64,000 nucleotides of DNA from contig CAXXWQ010000004.1 of NCBI GenBank assembly GCA_963674945.2, positions 160,001 through 224,000 of the forward strand. Reading direction: 5' to 3'. Of the stretch, positions 20,991-29,836 are shown one piece after another; position 1 is the stretch's first letter; each line of letters opens with the position of its first letter. The notes under the pieces are model-generated. The model worked only from the letters and a program-made list of their open reading frames with translations. It was not told the DNA's origin and did no database searches. The stretch comes from an uncultured Desulfosarcina sp. Its GTDB lineage: Bacteria > Desulfobacterota > Desulfobacteria > Desulfobacterales > Desulfosarcinaceae. Position numbers and translations under genes: made by a program.

Positions 20991-21293
20991 CTATATGGAC
21001 ATCTTACGAATTTCATCATAAGCGGAAACGAGTTTATTTCTAACCTGCATCACCAATTCGAAGGAAACTTCGGCTTTTTGCATGGCAATCATGGTGCCGT
21101 GAATGTCCTTGTTCCTTCCAGTGGTCAGGTCCTCGATGGCCTGGTCCGCATCAACAAGTTCTCGATTAACCTCTTTCAACGACTGTTTCATATAGTCGCC
21201 GAAGGATTCTTTGGGCTGTTCCATTTGCCCCTTCTCAGGTGCATTCAAGGAAGGGAAGACAGTTTGTAGGTTAGATATTGTCAGATCGTTCAT
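20991..21293 (-). CDS. fliE: Basal body protein FliE
   Basis: C-term MQVRNKLVSAYDEIRKMSI. Confidence 0.96.
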   Translation of the reverse strand: MNDLTISNLQTVFPSLNAPEKGQMEQPKESFGDYMKQSLKEVNRELVDADQAIEDLTTGRNKDIHGTMIAMQKAEVSFELVMQVRNKLVSAYDEIRKMSI

Positions 21294-21730
21294 GAATTCC
21301 TTCCTATATCCAGGGCCATACCGGCCATGTCCTTGGTAGCCCGTATGGCAGTTGTATTGGCTTCGAAACTTCTGCTTGCCGAAATCATGTTCACCATCTC
21401 TTCGATGATATTGACATTCGGCAATTGGATGAACCCGTTCTCATCCGCATCGGGATGGCCCGGATCATATTTTTCCACGAAAGGTTTTTCGTCTTCGATA
21501 ATCCGCGAAATCTTAACGCCACCGGCCTGTGCATCCAGTTGCGATTGTAACTCTTCCTGAAAATTTGGGGTTGAGACCGCTTCGAAGATCACGTCCTTGC
21601 GTTTGTATGGCTCCCCGGTTTCCGTTTTTGTCGTGTTCACATTGGCCATGTTGCTGGAAATCAGGTTCATTCTGAGCCGCTGTGCGGCAAGACCCGTCGA
21701 ACTAATGGATAGGCTGTCGAAAAAATTCAT
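21290..21730 (-). CDS. flgC: Rod protein FlgC
   Basis: GLAAQRLRMNLISSNMAN, YDPGHPDAD, PNVNIIEEMVNMISASRSFEAN. Confidence 0.98.
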   Translation of the reverse strand: MNFFDSLSISSTGLAAQRLRMNLISSNMANVNTTKTETGEPYKRKDVIFEAVSTPNFQEELQSQLDAQAGGVKISRIIEDEKPFVEKYDPGHPDADENGFIQLPNVNIIEEMVNMISASRSFEANTTAIRATKDMAGMALDIGRNS

Positions 21731-21731
21731 T

Positions 21732-22163
21732 TTACGGCTTCCCTTCGGCCAGAGCCTTTTTCAGCCCCTTGAATTTCGATGAAATAATCTGGGCCGATGC
21801 TTTGTACAGCAGGCTGTTTTTGGCAAGCTCGGCCATCTCTTCATCGATGTTTACCCCATTTTTATCTCCCCGAATGAGCAATGCATCGTCCGCAGTCGTT
21901 CTTGCATGCTTTTTCGCATCATCTACTGAACTTTGTGTTCCGGGAAGGTGTTGATCGTCCGTTTGCCGTAATGTCGTGTCAGGAGGCAGGGACGAATTTT
22001 GTTGAAGTGCCTGTTCAACATTTAAAGCAAAGGGCTTGTAATTGGGTGTATCGGCATTGGCAACATTGTTCAGAATCATCTCGTGGTTTCGGGCACGCAA
22101 ATCCATCGAACGGGACAAGACGGCGATGGTGCCACCAAATAAATCTACTGGATTGTTTCCCAT
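21732..22163 (-). CDS. flgB: Rod protein FlgB
   Basis: NNVANADTPNYK, DKNGVNIDEEM. Confidence 0.97.
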   Translation of the reverse strand: MGNNPVDLFGGTIAVLSRSMDLRARNHEMILNNVANADTPNYKPFALNVEQALQQNSSLPPDTTLRQTDDQHLPGTQSSVDDAKKHARTTADDALLIRGDKNGVNIDEEMAELAKNSLLYKASAQIISSKFKGLKKALAEGKP

Positions 22164-22202
22164 GGTAAACCCCTTGTCATTGCATTTGTTATCGTTTCGT
22201 TG

Positions 22203-22218
22203 AGCAAGTTATGTACCA
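22203..22218 (-). promoter_or_regulatory. sigma54 promoter for flgB operon
   Basis: Minus strand TGGTACATAACTTGCT = GG-N10-GC, 40 bp upstream of flgB. Confidence 0.8.
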
Positions 22219-22303
22219 CTCTTCCAGCAACAATTTAACAACCTGTTATTTTAGGATATTTTTTTTGTCTCGCTTTTCTTCTCATTCTTCAACCGGTAAA
22301 ACC

Positions 22304-22317
22304 GTCAATGTCTTGTC
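22304..22317. promoter_or_regulatory. FleQ-type activator box (1 mismatch)
   Basis: GTCA-ATGTCT-TGTC, ~86 bp upstream of the flgB -24 element. Confidence 0.4.
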
Positions 22318-23743
22318 ATCGTTCTTCGGTTGCCGTCTCATTTCGGTATTCGTTCAGTTTGTTCCGAAGGGTGCGTATGCTGATTCCCAGCATTTTGGCG
22401 GCATGGGTGCGGTTGTCATCGACCTTGTTCAACGTGTCGAAAATCAATTTCTTTTCCATCTCTCGAACGGTCAATCCCGTTGTTAACGGATCCATGGCGT
22501 CTGCAGGTGCATCCGCATAATCCAAAAGAAGGTGGCCGGGTTGTAGCTCTGGACCGTCACCGATCAAGACCCCACGTTCCATGGTATTTTCCAGCTCACG
22601 GACGTTTCCAGGCCATGTCCGCTCCGAAAGTTTGGCCATGGCTGCCGCAGAAATCCTTTTCATGGGAATCTTGTTTTTGCCGGTGAAACGACGGAAAAAA
22701 TGCTCGGCAAGCAACGGAATGTCGCCTTTTCGTTCACGTAGTGGTGGAATCGTCAAAGGAATGACATTGAGCCGATAGTAGAGATCTTCCCGGAAATCTC
22801 CCATCGTTACGGCTTTTCTCAAATCACGATTGCTAATGGCAATAATCCGGGTATCGATTGGGATGGAGGCGTTTCCTCCTATCCGAACGATCTCTTTTTC
22901 CTGTAAGGCACGTAGCAATTTGGCTTGCAGCGGCAATGCCATCTCCGTGACCTCATCGAGCACCAGTGTTCCGTTGTGAGCGATTTCAAATTTGCCGATC
23001 TTTCTGGAAACAGCCCCCGTAAAAGCGCCTTTTTCGTGCCCGAACAACTCGCTTTCGGCCAGATGGTCCGGCAGGGCTGCGCAATTCACCGCTACATAGG
23101 CGTTCTTTTCCCGGCCACTGCAACTGTGAATAAATAGTGCCAGGAGTTCCTTGCCGGTTCCACTTTCACCGGTCACCATGACCGTCGCCGTACTCGATGC
23201 GACTTTCTTGGCAATCTCGAGCAAGTGCAAAAGCGCATGGTCCTGCGTGATAAAGGATTTTTCATCACCGGAAGGGTATGCACCGGATGCGTTGCCGTTG
23301 ACGCTTTTTTTTGCGGCCCTTGCAAATGCCTGTTCGACCAATTCGGAACATGTAATATCAATAATGTAATCGGTTGCCCCCGCTTGCATGGCCTCTATTA
23401 CATCGTGGGCAGAGCAGTGACCCGATCCCATCATCGCATATACCGACGACGATGCCTGCTTGATCTGCCCGATCAGATCCACGCCAGGCATGTCCTCCAG
23501 TATCTGGTCCGTGTACATGATTTGAAACGATTGTTTTCGTGCCAGTTCCCATGCTTCTTTACCGCTGTGGCAGAAAACACATTGAAAAGTATTGGTTTTT
23601 GACAGGATCTTGGCCATATGCGTTTGCATTTGTTGGCCATTGACCGCCAATAATACAGAAAGTTTTCTCTCTTCGTCCATTCGCCGCTGGTTTTCTGGGT
23701 TCATCGTATATCGGAAAAACCTTGCCTGCTCTGTCATCCGCAA
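22316..23743 (-). CDS. sigma54 enhancer-binding protein, FleR/FlrC-like, with atypical receiver domain (start uncertain; ATGs also at 23704 and 23680)
   Basis: GESGTGKE, ESELFGHEKGAFTGA, REDLYYRL, WPGNVRELEN, C-terminal HTH NRTHAAKMLGISIRTLRNKL. Confidence 0.93.
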   Translation of the reverse strand: MRMTEQARFFRYTMNPENQRRMDEERKLSVLLAVNGQQMQTHMAKILSKTNTFQCVFCHSGKEAWELARKQSFQIMYTDQILEDMPGVDLIGQIKQASSSVYAMMGSGHCSAHDVIEAMQAGATDYIIDITCSELVEQAFARAAKKSVNGNASGAYPSGDEKSFITQDHALLHLLEIAKKVASSTATVMVTGESGTGKELLALFIHSCSGREKNAYVAVNCAALPDHLAESELFGHEKGAFTGAVSRKIGKFEIAHNGTLVLDEVTEMALPLQAKLLRALQEKEIVRIGGNASIPIDTRIIAISNRDLRKAVTMGDFREDLYYRLNVIPLTIPPLRERKGDIPLLAEHFFRRFTGKNKIPMKRISAAAMAKLSERTWPGNVRELENTMERGVLIGDGPELQPGHLLLDYADAPADAMDPLTTGLTVREMEKKLIFDTLNKVDDNRTHAAKMLGISIRTLRNKLNEYRNETATEER

Positions 23744-23804
23744 GTGAGACTCACCATTTAAAAATATGGCCGACGCCCGACCTGGACGCCGCGTAAATAC
23801 TTAT

Positions 23805-23820
23805 AGCAAATATGTTGCCA
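23805..23820 (-). promoter_or_regulatory. sigma54 promoter for the FleR-like regulator
   Basis: Minus strand TGGCAACATATTTGCT = GG-N10-GC. Confidence 0.8.
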
Positions 23821-23934
23821 TACATTCTTGTGGAGGGAATTGAATGGGATAGTTTTATGATATAATTGAATAACTATTTAATATAAAAGCTTTTTAATAG
23901 TTTGTGGGTAAGGTGTGAGATTGGTGGCATACGC

Positions 23935-23959
23935 TTGCAGGCGGGCAACCCGCCTGCAA
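23935..23959. terminator. Perfect hairpin downstream of the FleQ-like gene
   Basis: TTGCAGGCGGG-CAA-CCCGCCTGCAA, 11-bp stem; U-tract not evident. Confidence 0.5.
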
Positions 23960-23973
23960 AAGGCAGAAGTGGC

Positions 23974-23987
23974 GTCATGGGATTGAC
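23974..23987. promoter_or_regulatory. FleQ-type activator box
   Basis: Perfect GTCA-TGGGAT-TGAC, ~155 bp upstream of a sigma54 promoter. Confidence 0.55.
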
Positions 23988-24056
23988 AGAACAAAAATTG
24001 GTGAAGAAGCGGGCCAAAGGAAGGACAGGGGATCGTTTAGCCTGTATGTCTCCCCT

Positions 24057-25103
24057 CTATGCGCATTGTTGAAGTTCGTACCGTTTGATTTTTTCCACAA
24101 GGGTAGTGCGTTTCACTTGAAGCAGCTTGGCGGCCTGGTTTTTTACCCATTTGGTCTTTTCGAGAGATTGATAGATCAATCGTTTTTCAAATTCACTCAC
24201 TGCCGTATTCAGACAAAGCCCATCACCCGTGATTTCGGGAATCGGCATGCAGGAATTCGGCGCTTGGGCTTTCATCTTAACCGGCAGGTCGTCGACGTCG
24301 AGTTCGCCCTCTCCTTTAATCACCACCAATCGCTCCATGAGATTGGAGAGTTCCCTGACATTTCCGGGCCAATCGTGGTGCATGAGAACGTTGATTGCCG
24401 CATCGGAAATAGAATCGACATGGGTATTGAGACGATGGTTCAGTGTTTTCAAAAAATGAGAAACAAAGTGTGGAATATCCAAGTTGCGCTCGCGCAATGC
24501 GGGAAGTTTTATTGGAATCACATAGAGCCGATAAAACAGATCTTCACGAAAGTTGCCTTTTTGCACCTCCTCTTCCAGATCACGATGGGTGGCTGCGACG
24601 ATACGCACATCGACGGTAACGGTCTTGCAACTGCCAACGGGTTCGAAGCAGCGTTCTTCCAAAACCTTCAGGATCTTGACCTGGAGATCCGGGCTCATAT
24701 CTCCGATTTCATCCAAAAATATCGTTCCACCGTTGGCTGCTTCGAACTTGCCGACTTTGTTTGCCGTAGCACCGGTAAACGCACCTTTCAGATGTCCGAA
24801 GAGTTCACTCTCCAGAAGGTTTTCGGGAATGGCACCGCAATTGATGGAGACAAAGGGTTGGTCTCGGCGGTAAGACTGCTTGTGGATGGCATGGGCGATC
24901 ATCCCTTTTCCGGTTCCGGTCTCACCATTTATTAAAATGGTACTGTCGCTGTCCGCCACCCGCTCGATCAGACGAAAGATTTTTTTCATCTGTTGGCTTT
25001 CGCCGACAATTCCTCTGAAAGCGTCGATCTCCTTTGCCTCCATCGGGTTACCGTCCACAATATCTTCCCTGACATCACCGTCAATTTTTGCAAATGCTTG
25101 CAC
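24057..25103 (-). CDS. sigma54 enhancer-binding protein lacking an N-terminal sensory domain (FleQ/FlrA-like master regulator)
   Basis: GETGTGK, ESELFGHLKGAFTGA, WPGNVRE, HTH KNQAAKLLQVKRTTLVEKIK (FleQ-like); GTG start with AGGAGG. Confidence 0.92.
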   Translation of the reverse strand: MQAFAKIDGDVREDIVDGNPMEAKEIDAFRGIVGESQQMKKIFRLIERVADSDSTILINGETGTGKGMIAHAIHKQSYRRDQPFVSINCGAIPENLLESELFGHLKGAFTGATANKVGKFEAANGGTIFLDEIGDMSPDLQVKILKVLEERCFEPVGSCKTVTVDVRIVAATHRDLEEEVQKGNFREDLFYRLYVIPIKLPALRERNLDIPHFVSHFLKTLNHRLNTHVDSISDAAINVLMHHDWPGNVRELSNLMERLVVIKGEGELDVDDLPVKMKAQAPNSCMPIPEITGDGLCLNTAVSEFEKRLIYQSLEKTKWVKNQAAKLLQVKRTTLVEKIKRYELQQCA

Positions 25104-25333
25104 TCCCCTGCCTCCTTGAATTCAGTAATGTGAAAAAGACAAAGCTACTGTATGCATTTTGTTTGCCGGAATTGTAAGGCTTCGTCACGATGGACTGCGT
25201 TCAGCGGTTCAGCGGGGCAACGGACAGGACGGGTCACACAAGATGTTGATGCGCTTTTTTCAGCAAGCCTCATGGATTGTATTCGACCTTCAATGAAACA
25301 AAATCCGTACCAACGCAACAAAATGCCGAAATC

Positions 25334-25347
25334 GTCAATAATATGAC
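25334..25347. promoter_or_regulatory. FleQ-type box upstream of the FleQ-like gene
   Basis: Perfect GTCA-ATAATA-TGAC in the divergent intergenic region. Confidence 0.5.
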
Positions 25348-25734
25348 AAATACAGTCGGTTCCCAGATATCCATCATTGCAATTTGCAAAAACAAGGGTC
25401 ACTCGCCATTTCATCCCAACCGTACTATCGTCCACTTTGCAAAGCTGTTCAAAAATCTTTTATTTAATGTTTTTCCAGAGTGTTACTACATTTGCCAATC
25501 CTGAGTAAGCTCATTTTCACCGCAGCATGCGAAGGATGCAATAACACCATTTGCACCTTTTGCAAATTGCAACTATTTGCAAATTGCACATACATGTCAG
25601 CAGTTCCGGTCACTCCTATCAAAGCTGACTTCTCGTACTGGAACAATTGGATTTTCATTGGGTTTTCGCACAACGATGTGTCGTTCTCTTTATGGGCTCG
25701 CTTTCATTTGGTTCATCCGCACCCACATTTTCCC

Positions 25735-25761
25735 TAAAGAAAAAATCCCATAGATCGATAA
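25735..25761 (+). promoter_or_regulatory. sigma28 (FliA) promoter for flagellin
   Basis: TAAA-N15-ATCGATAA vs consensus TAAA-N15-GCCGATAA, ~120 bp upstream of the flagellin ATG. Confidence 0.75.
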
Positions 25762-25879
25762 TAGGGTTGTACGGCGCAAATACAAAATGAAAGGGGGCGT
25801 TGATCAATCCGAAGTACCAGGCGCCATCCAAAACAAATGGCAAGAATGCCAACACTACACCTAGAAAAGGAGAAAGACC

Positions 25880-26704
25880 ATGAGTATCGCATTAACCGCA
25901 GGAATGAGAGCAAATCTTCTGAGCTTGCAGAACACCTCCCAAATGATGGAGAACACCCAGAAGAAACTTTCCACCGGTAAAAAAGTCAACACCGCCCTGG
26001 ATGATCCAGTCAATTTCTTCAAAGCAAAAGACCATAATGACCGTGCAGATGATTTGTCTGCCAAGAAAGATGGTATGAAGGAAGCGATTCAGACCATTGA
26101 GGCGGCAAACACGGGTATCGAGTCCATTTATGATCTGCTGGACCAGATGAAATCTCTTGCCCAGGCCGCAAAAACTTCTGAGAATACGACTGACCTGGAA
26201 GGACAGTTCAACACAATCCGAAGTCAAATCGCCGACCTGGCAGCAGATTCGAATTACGGCGGGAAAAATTTACTGGAAGGCGACGACCTGGCAGTCGAAT
26301 TCGACGAAAGCGCAACGCACAAACTGACCGTTTCCGGTTTTAATGCCAACAATGCCGGTACGATCGTAACCTCTGGCTCTTCTCCACAGACGATTATTAT
26401 CGCTGCTGCCGACTTTTCCGGTGCAACAGGGGTCGAAAGTGCCGTTGCGGAAATTGACAGTGCCGTCACCGCGATGCGCACCGAAGCACAAAAGCTTGCC
26501 TCAAACCTGTCCACCATCTCCATTCGCGAAGATTTCACGGACAACATGATTACCACATTGAACACCGGTGCCGATAACCTGACACTGGCGGATATGAATG
26601 AAGAAGGTGCCAATATGCTGATGCTGCAGACAAGGCAGCAGCTGGGTACCACTTCCTTGTCCATGTCCTCCCAGGCGGCCCAAGCTGTATTAGGGTTGTT
26701 CTAA
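25880..26704 (+). CDS. fliC: Flagellin (short, alphaproteobacterial-type termini)
   Basis: N-term NLLSLQNT...LSTGKKVNTALDDPVNFF; C-term GADNLTLADMNEEGANMLMLQTRQQLG; AGGAG RBS. Confidence 0.96.
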   Translation: MSIALTAGMRANLLSLQNTSQMMENTQKKLSTGKKVNTALDDPVNFFKAKDHNDRADDLSAKKDGMKEAIQTIEAANTGIESIYDLLDQMKSLAQAAKTSENTTDLEGQFNTIRSQIADLAADSNYGGKNLLEGDDLAVEFDESATHKLTVSGFNANNAGTIVTSGSSPQTIIIAAADFSGATGVESAVAEIDSAVTAMRTEAQKLASNLSTISIREDFTDNMITTLNTGADNLTLADMNEEGANMLMLQTRQQLGTTSLSMSSQAAQAVLGLF

Positions 26705-26755
26705 TAATCTTCCACGTTGACAGCAAGTCTCGATGATGCATTAGATGACAGATGA

Positions 26756-26786
26756 CCGGAGGGGAAATTTCCCCTCCGGCTCTTTC
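26756..26786 (+). terminator. Intrinsic terminator after flagellin
   Basis: CCGGAGGGGAAA/TTTCCCCTCCGG palindrome followed by CTCTTTC. Confidence 0.75.
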
Positions 26787-26865
26787 ATCAAACAATATTT
26801 CGATTAAATAAAAATTTGCGCCCTATCCCATTTCAATTGCAAAGCAAGATGCAAGGGATCGTTCC

Positions 26866-27282
26866 ATGTCACTAAAAATTTCATTAAAACCAAATGAGAG
26901 AATCATTATCGGTGGAGCGGTTGTCACCAATGGTAACAGTCGTTGCGATCTGAGTTTTGAAAACAAGGTTCCTTTGCTGCGGGAAAAGGATATTTTGAGT
27001 GAGTCGATGGCCAATACGCCGGCTCGTCGGATCTACTTTGTGATCCAACTCATGTATATCGATGAGGGAAATCTGGCGATTCATCATCAGACGTACTGGA
27101 ACCTGGTAAAACCCTTCCTCGAAGCCGTCCCCAGCGCCCTGCCATTGATCGATCAAATCAACGATTCGATTTTGAAGAACCAATATTACGCAGGACTGAA
27201 GACTGCCAAAAAATTGATTGAATATGAACAGGAGATCATCGCACGTGTATCGAAACCCACTAAAGGCGTATCAAAGTGTTGA
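26866..27282 (+). CDS. flbT: Flagellin post-transcriptional regulator FlbT
   Basis: MSLKISLKPNERIIIGGAVVTNG, LLREKDIL, TPARRIYFVIQLMY, YYAGLK. Confidence 0.93.
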   Translation: MSLKISLKPNERIIIGGAVVTNGNSRCDLSFENKVPLLREKDILSESMANTPARRIYFVIQLMYIDEGNLAIHHQTYWNLVKPFLEAVPSALPLIDQINDSILKNQYYAGLKTAKKLIEYEQEIIARVSKPTKGVSKC

Positions 27283-27625
27283 ACAGCAGACCGCGACCGG
27301 CCGAAAAATGGAAGCCCGGGTGCTCACGCAAGCCGCGCACAAACTGAAACATTGCCAGGAAAACTGGGATGCCGCTGATCGGAAAGAGCGGCTGGATGAA
27401 GCCATCAGCTACAACCAACGAGTATGGAGCATTATCCAGGCAGAGTTGCTAGACGAAGAGAACCCGATGCCGAAAGAGCTAAGAAAAAATATTTTATTGC
27501 TAAGTGCGTTTATCGACAAACGAATTTTCAATGTATTGGCCTATCCCGACCCGGAAAAACTGACCATCATTATCAATATAAATCTCAATATCGCAGCCGG
27601 ATTACATGATGATCCAGGAGAATAG
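27245..27625 (+). CDS. flaF: Flagellar regulator/chaperone FlaF
   Basis: KAYQ...RKMEARVL, AISYNQRVWSI, NPMPKELRKNILLLS, ININLNIAAGL; GTG 27245 behind AGGAG. Confidence 0.9.
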   Translation: MYRNPLKAYQSVEQQTATGRKMEARVLTQAAHKLKHCQENWDAADRKERLDEAISYNQRVWSIIQAELLDEENPMPKELRKNILLLSAFIDKRIFNVLAYPDPEKLTIIININLNIAAGLHDDPGE

Positions 27626-27781
27626 CACACTACAAAAACGAAACTCCACTGACAGCAGGGGTCTTATCCAAGAAAATTCATCTCAATTGTAAGTAACTAT
27701 CTATTTTTCACTTCGAATCCGACGATTTCACAAATTTTGATACATTGATCCAAATCCCCATGATTTTGTTAAGGTTACGGA

Positions 27782-29809
27782 TCAAGTCTTTGAAGAAACG
27801 TTCATCAATCCCAATGCAGCCTCTTTTTTTCCAGTCGCCTCCAGCGCCCTTGCATGCTGTTGGACAAATTCACGGCTGTTATACCCCATCTTCACGATCT
27901 CGTTCAAATATTGTAAACCGATTTCATTTTGTCCTGAGAGACAATATGCCACACCCAAAGTTCCGAGGGCCATGGGATGATCAGGATATCGAGTCAAAAA
28001 CGTCTCAAGGATTTTTTTGGCATTGTTAACATTTCCCATCCGCATTTCGCATAGGGACAGATTCAAGAAAGCTTCCTTTAAATCAGGATCGAGTTCTATC
28101 GCTTTTTGCGAAACTCTTTTCCCCTGTTTATACTTTCCCAATTGAATATACGCATAACCTAAATTAAAAAAACCCTTTGCATAATCAGATTTTTTGCTTA
28201 AAACCGTTTTCCATAAGTGGACGGCGTTTTCATAATCTCCGACTTCACCCGCCTGGATTGCATGCTCTATAACACTATACAGATTATTTTCGTTTATCGT
28301 TAATTTTTCATGACCCAATTGGTAATATGCACTCTTTTTCTGTGAACGATTTTCATCCAGTTCACCAAAATGATGAACTGGGACAGCCCCCAAAACCATC
28401 TTAACACCTTCTTTTTCCAGACTCTTTTCCACTTTTTCATGCAGACGATTTTCAAACCGGATCGACGGCTTATTCGGAAACAATCTCACTTTTACGCTGG
28501 GGTACCACCCTTTTCCTTTTTCTTCAGGATAATGTCCTTTGTTCGCCTGCCATCCCTCTACCCCCACCTCGTCCACGTAATTTCGGGTGATAAAGGAATA
28601 AGCGACGTTCTGATCAGTTCCTTGTTTCACCATTTCCTTTATTTTCCGATGGTCCGATAAAGAGATTTGTTCGTCGGCGTCTAAAATGAAAACCCATCGT
28701 CCTTTGGCCTTGTTTAAAGATTTATTTCTTGCATCGGCAAAATTGTTGTTCCAGGAAAAATCAAAGATTTTTGCTCCGAAAACAGTGGCAATATCTTTGC
28801 TATTGTCCGTAGACCCGGTATCGACAATGATGATTTCATCAACCAGTCCTCTGACGCTATAGAGGACCTTGGCAATCCGCTCTTCTTCATTTTTAACGAT
28901 CATGCATAAAGAAATCTGAGGCTCTTTATTGGATAATTCCTCTTTAAGAGAGTTGAGTTTTTGTTTTATCATCAAGGCTGGATTTAAAATACCATCGGAG
29001 GCTCCAAAATTAGCAATGACGCGTTGAATGGCTGACAGGGCTTCAGTATATTTCTTTTGTTGAACGAGAATATCAATATATAAATAATTCAGCTTCTTAG
29101 AATTCGGAAATGAATGAAGCGCCTGCCTAAATCGTTTTTCAGCATTTATGTAATCACCGAGTTCTGAAATGACTGAATGGTATGTCTCTGATACCTTAGG
29201 ATTACAGGAAGATTTTATAAATCCCTCTTCTATAAGTGCTAAGCCCTCTTGAACATCTCCATCTTCAATCTTTAGTAGTCCTTTATTCAAATAAGCGGGT
29301 CCGTACCCGGAATCTAATTGAATCGCTTGTTCAAAGAGTAATGCCGCCTTTTCTAATTTATTTTTGTTGTAAGCAAGCACACCGGAAGAATTTGTAAATA
29401 CAGGCGACTCTAAACCAAAAGACATAATTATTGATAGCTCATCTTCTAGTTCCGTAAATTTTTTAGCTCTTTCCAATGCAATAACCATTAGTTCGAATGT
29501 ACGAATGCACCATTCCGAATCATCAATCTTTTCCAATACATCGATTGCTTCGCTAAATTGCTCAGCTTCGATTAAAATACTACCAAGTCTCTCACGAAAT
29601 ATATTAATTGATGGATATTGAATAATTGCCCTTGCTAATAACCTAGTACCTTTAACAAAATCTTCCTTTAGTTGGTATTCAAATGCTGAATTTATAATCT
29701 CATTAACCATATCTTGATTGGTAAAAGTGATACTTTCGTTTCCACAATCATCTGTTCGATAATTATTTGATCTTTTTTCAAAATCTGATTTTTTATATTT
29801 TGTTTTCAT
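27782..29809 (-). CDS. TPR-GT2-TPR glycosyltransferase
   Basis: ISLCMIVKNEE, VDTGSTD, FADARN, LDADE (DxD), flanked by TPR repeats. Confidence 0.9.
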   Translation of the reverse strand: MKTKYKKSDFEKRSNNYRTDDCGNESITFTNQDMVNEIINSAFEYQLKEDFVKGTRLLARAIIQYPSINIFRERLGSILIEAEQFSEAIDVLEKIDDSEWCIRTFELMVIALERAKKFTELEDELSIIMSFGLESPVFTNSSGVLAYNKNKLEKAALLFEQAIQLDSGYGPAYLNKGLLKIEDGDVQEGLALIEEGFIKSSCNPKVSETYHSVISELGDYINAEKRFRQALHSFPNSKKLNYLYIDILVQQKKYTEALSAIQRVIANFGASDGILNPALMIKQKLNSLKEELSNKEPQISLCMIVKNEEERIAKVLYSVRGLVDEIIIVDTGSTDNSKDIATVFGAKIFDFSWNNNFADARNKSLNKAKGRWVFILDADEQISLSDHRKIKEMVKQGTDQNVAYSFITRNYVDEVGVEGWQANKGHYPEEKGKGWYPSVKVRLFPNKPSIRFENRLHEKVEKSLEKEGVKMVLGAVPVHHFGELDENRSQKKSAYYQLGHEKLTINENNLYSVIEHAIQAGEVGDYENAVHLWKTVLSKKSDYAKGFFNLGYAYIQLGKYKQGKRVSQKAIELDPDLKEAFLNLSLCEMRMGNVNNAKKILETFLTRYPDHPMALGTLGVAYCLSGQNEIGLQYLNEIVKMGYNSREFVQQHARALEATGKKEAALGLMNVSSKT

Positions 29810-29836
29810 TTTATTATTCTATATAGAAGACTATTT

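Noticed and set aside
2385..22168. Many 60-230 aa ORFs overlapping flagellar genes (e.g. 3892-4497, 5942-6625, 17161-17691)
   Set aside because: Antisense or alternate-frame shadows of well-supported genes
23925..23939. TGGCATACGCTTGCA sigma54-like site on the + strand
   Set aside because: GG-GC spacing is 9, not 10, and it points into an antisense region
24066..24935. 289-aa plus-strand ORF
   Set aside because: Antisense shadow of the conserved sigma54 activator; no recognisable motifs
25104..25879. Possible c-di-GMP riboswitch, or small ORFs, in the long divergent intergenic region
   Set aside because: No GEMM-type architecture recognised by eye and the ORFs lack RBS or motifs; an Rfam search would be decisive
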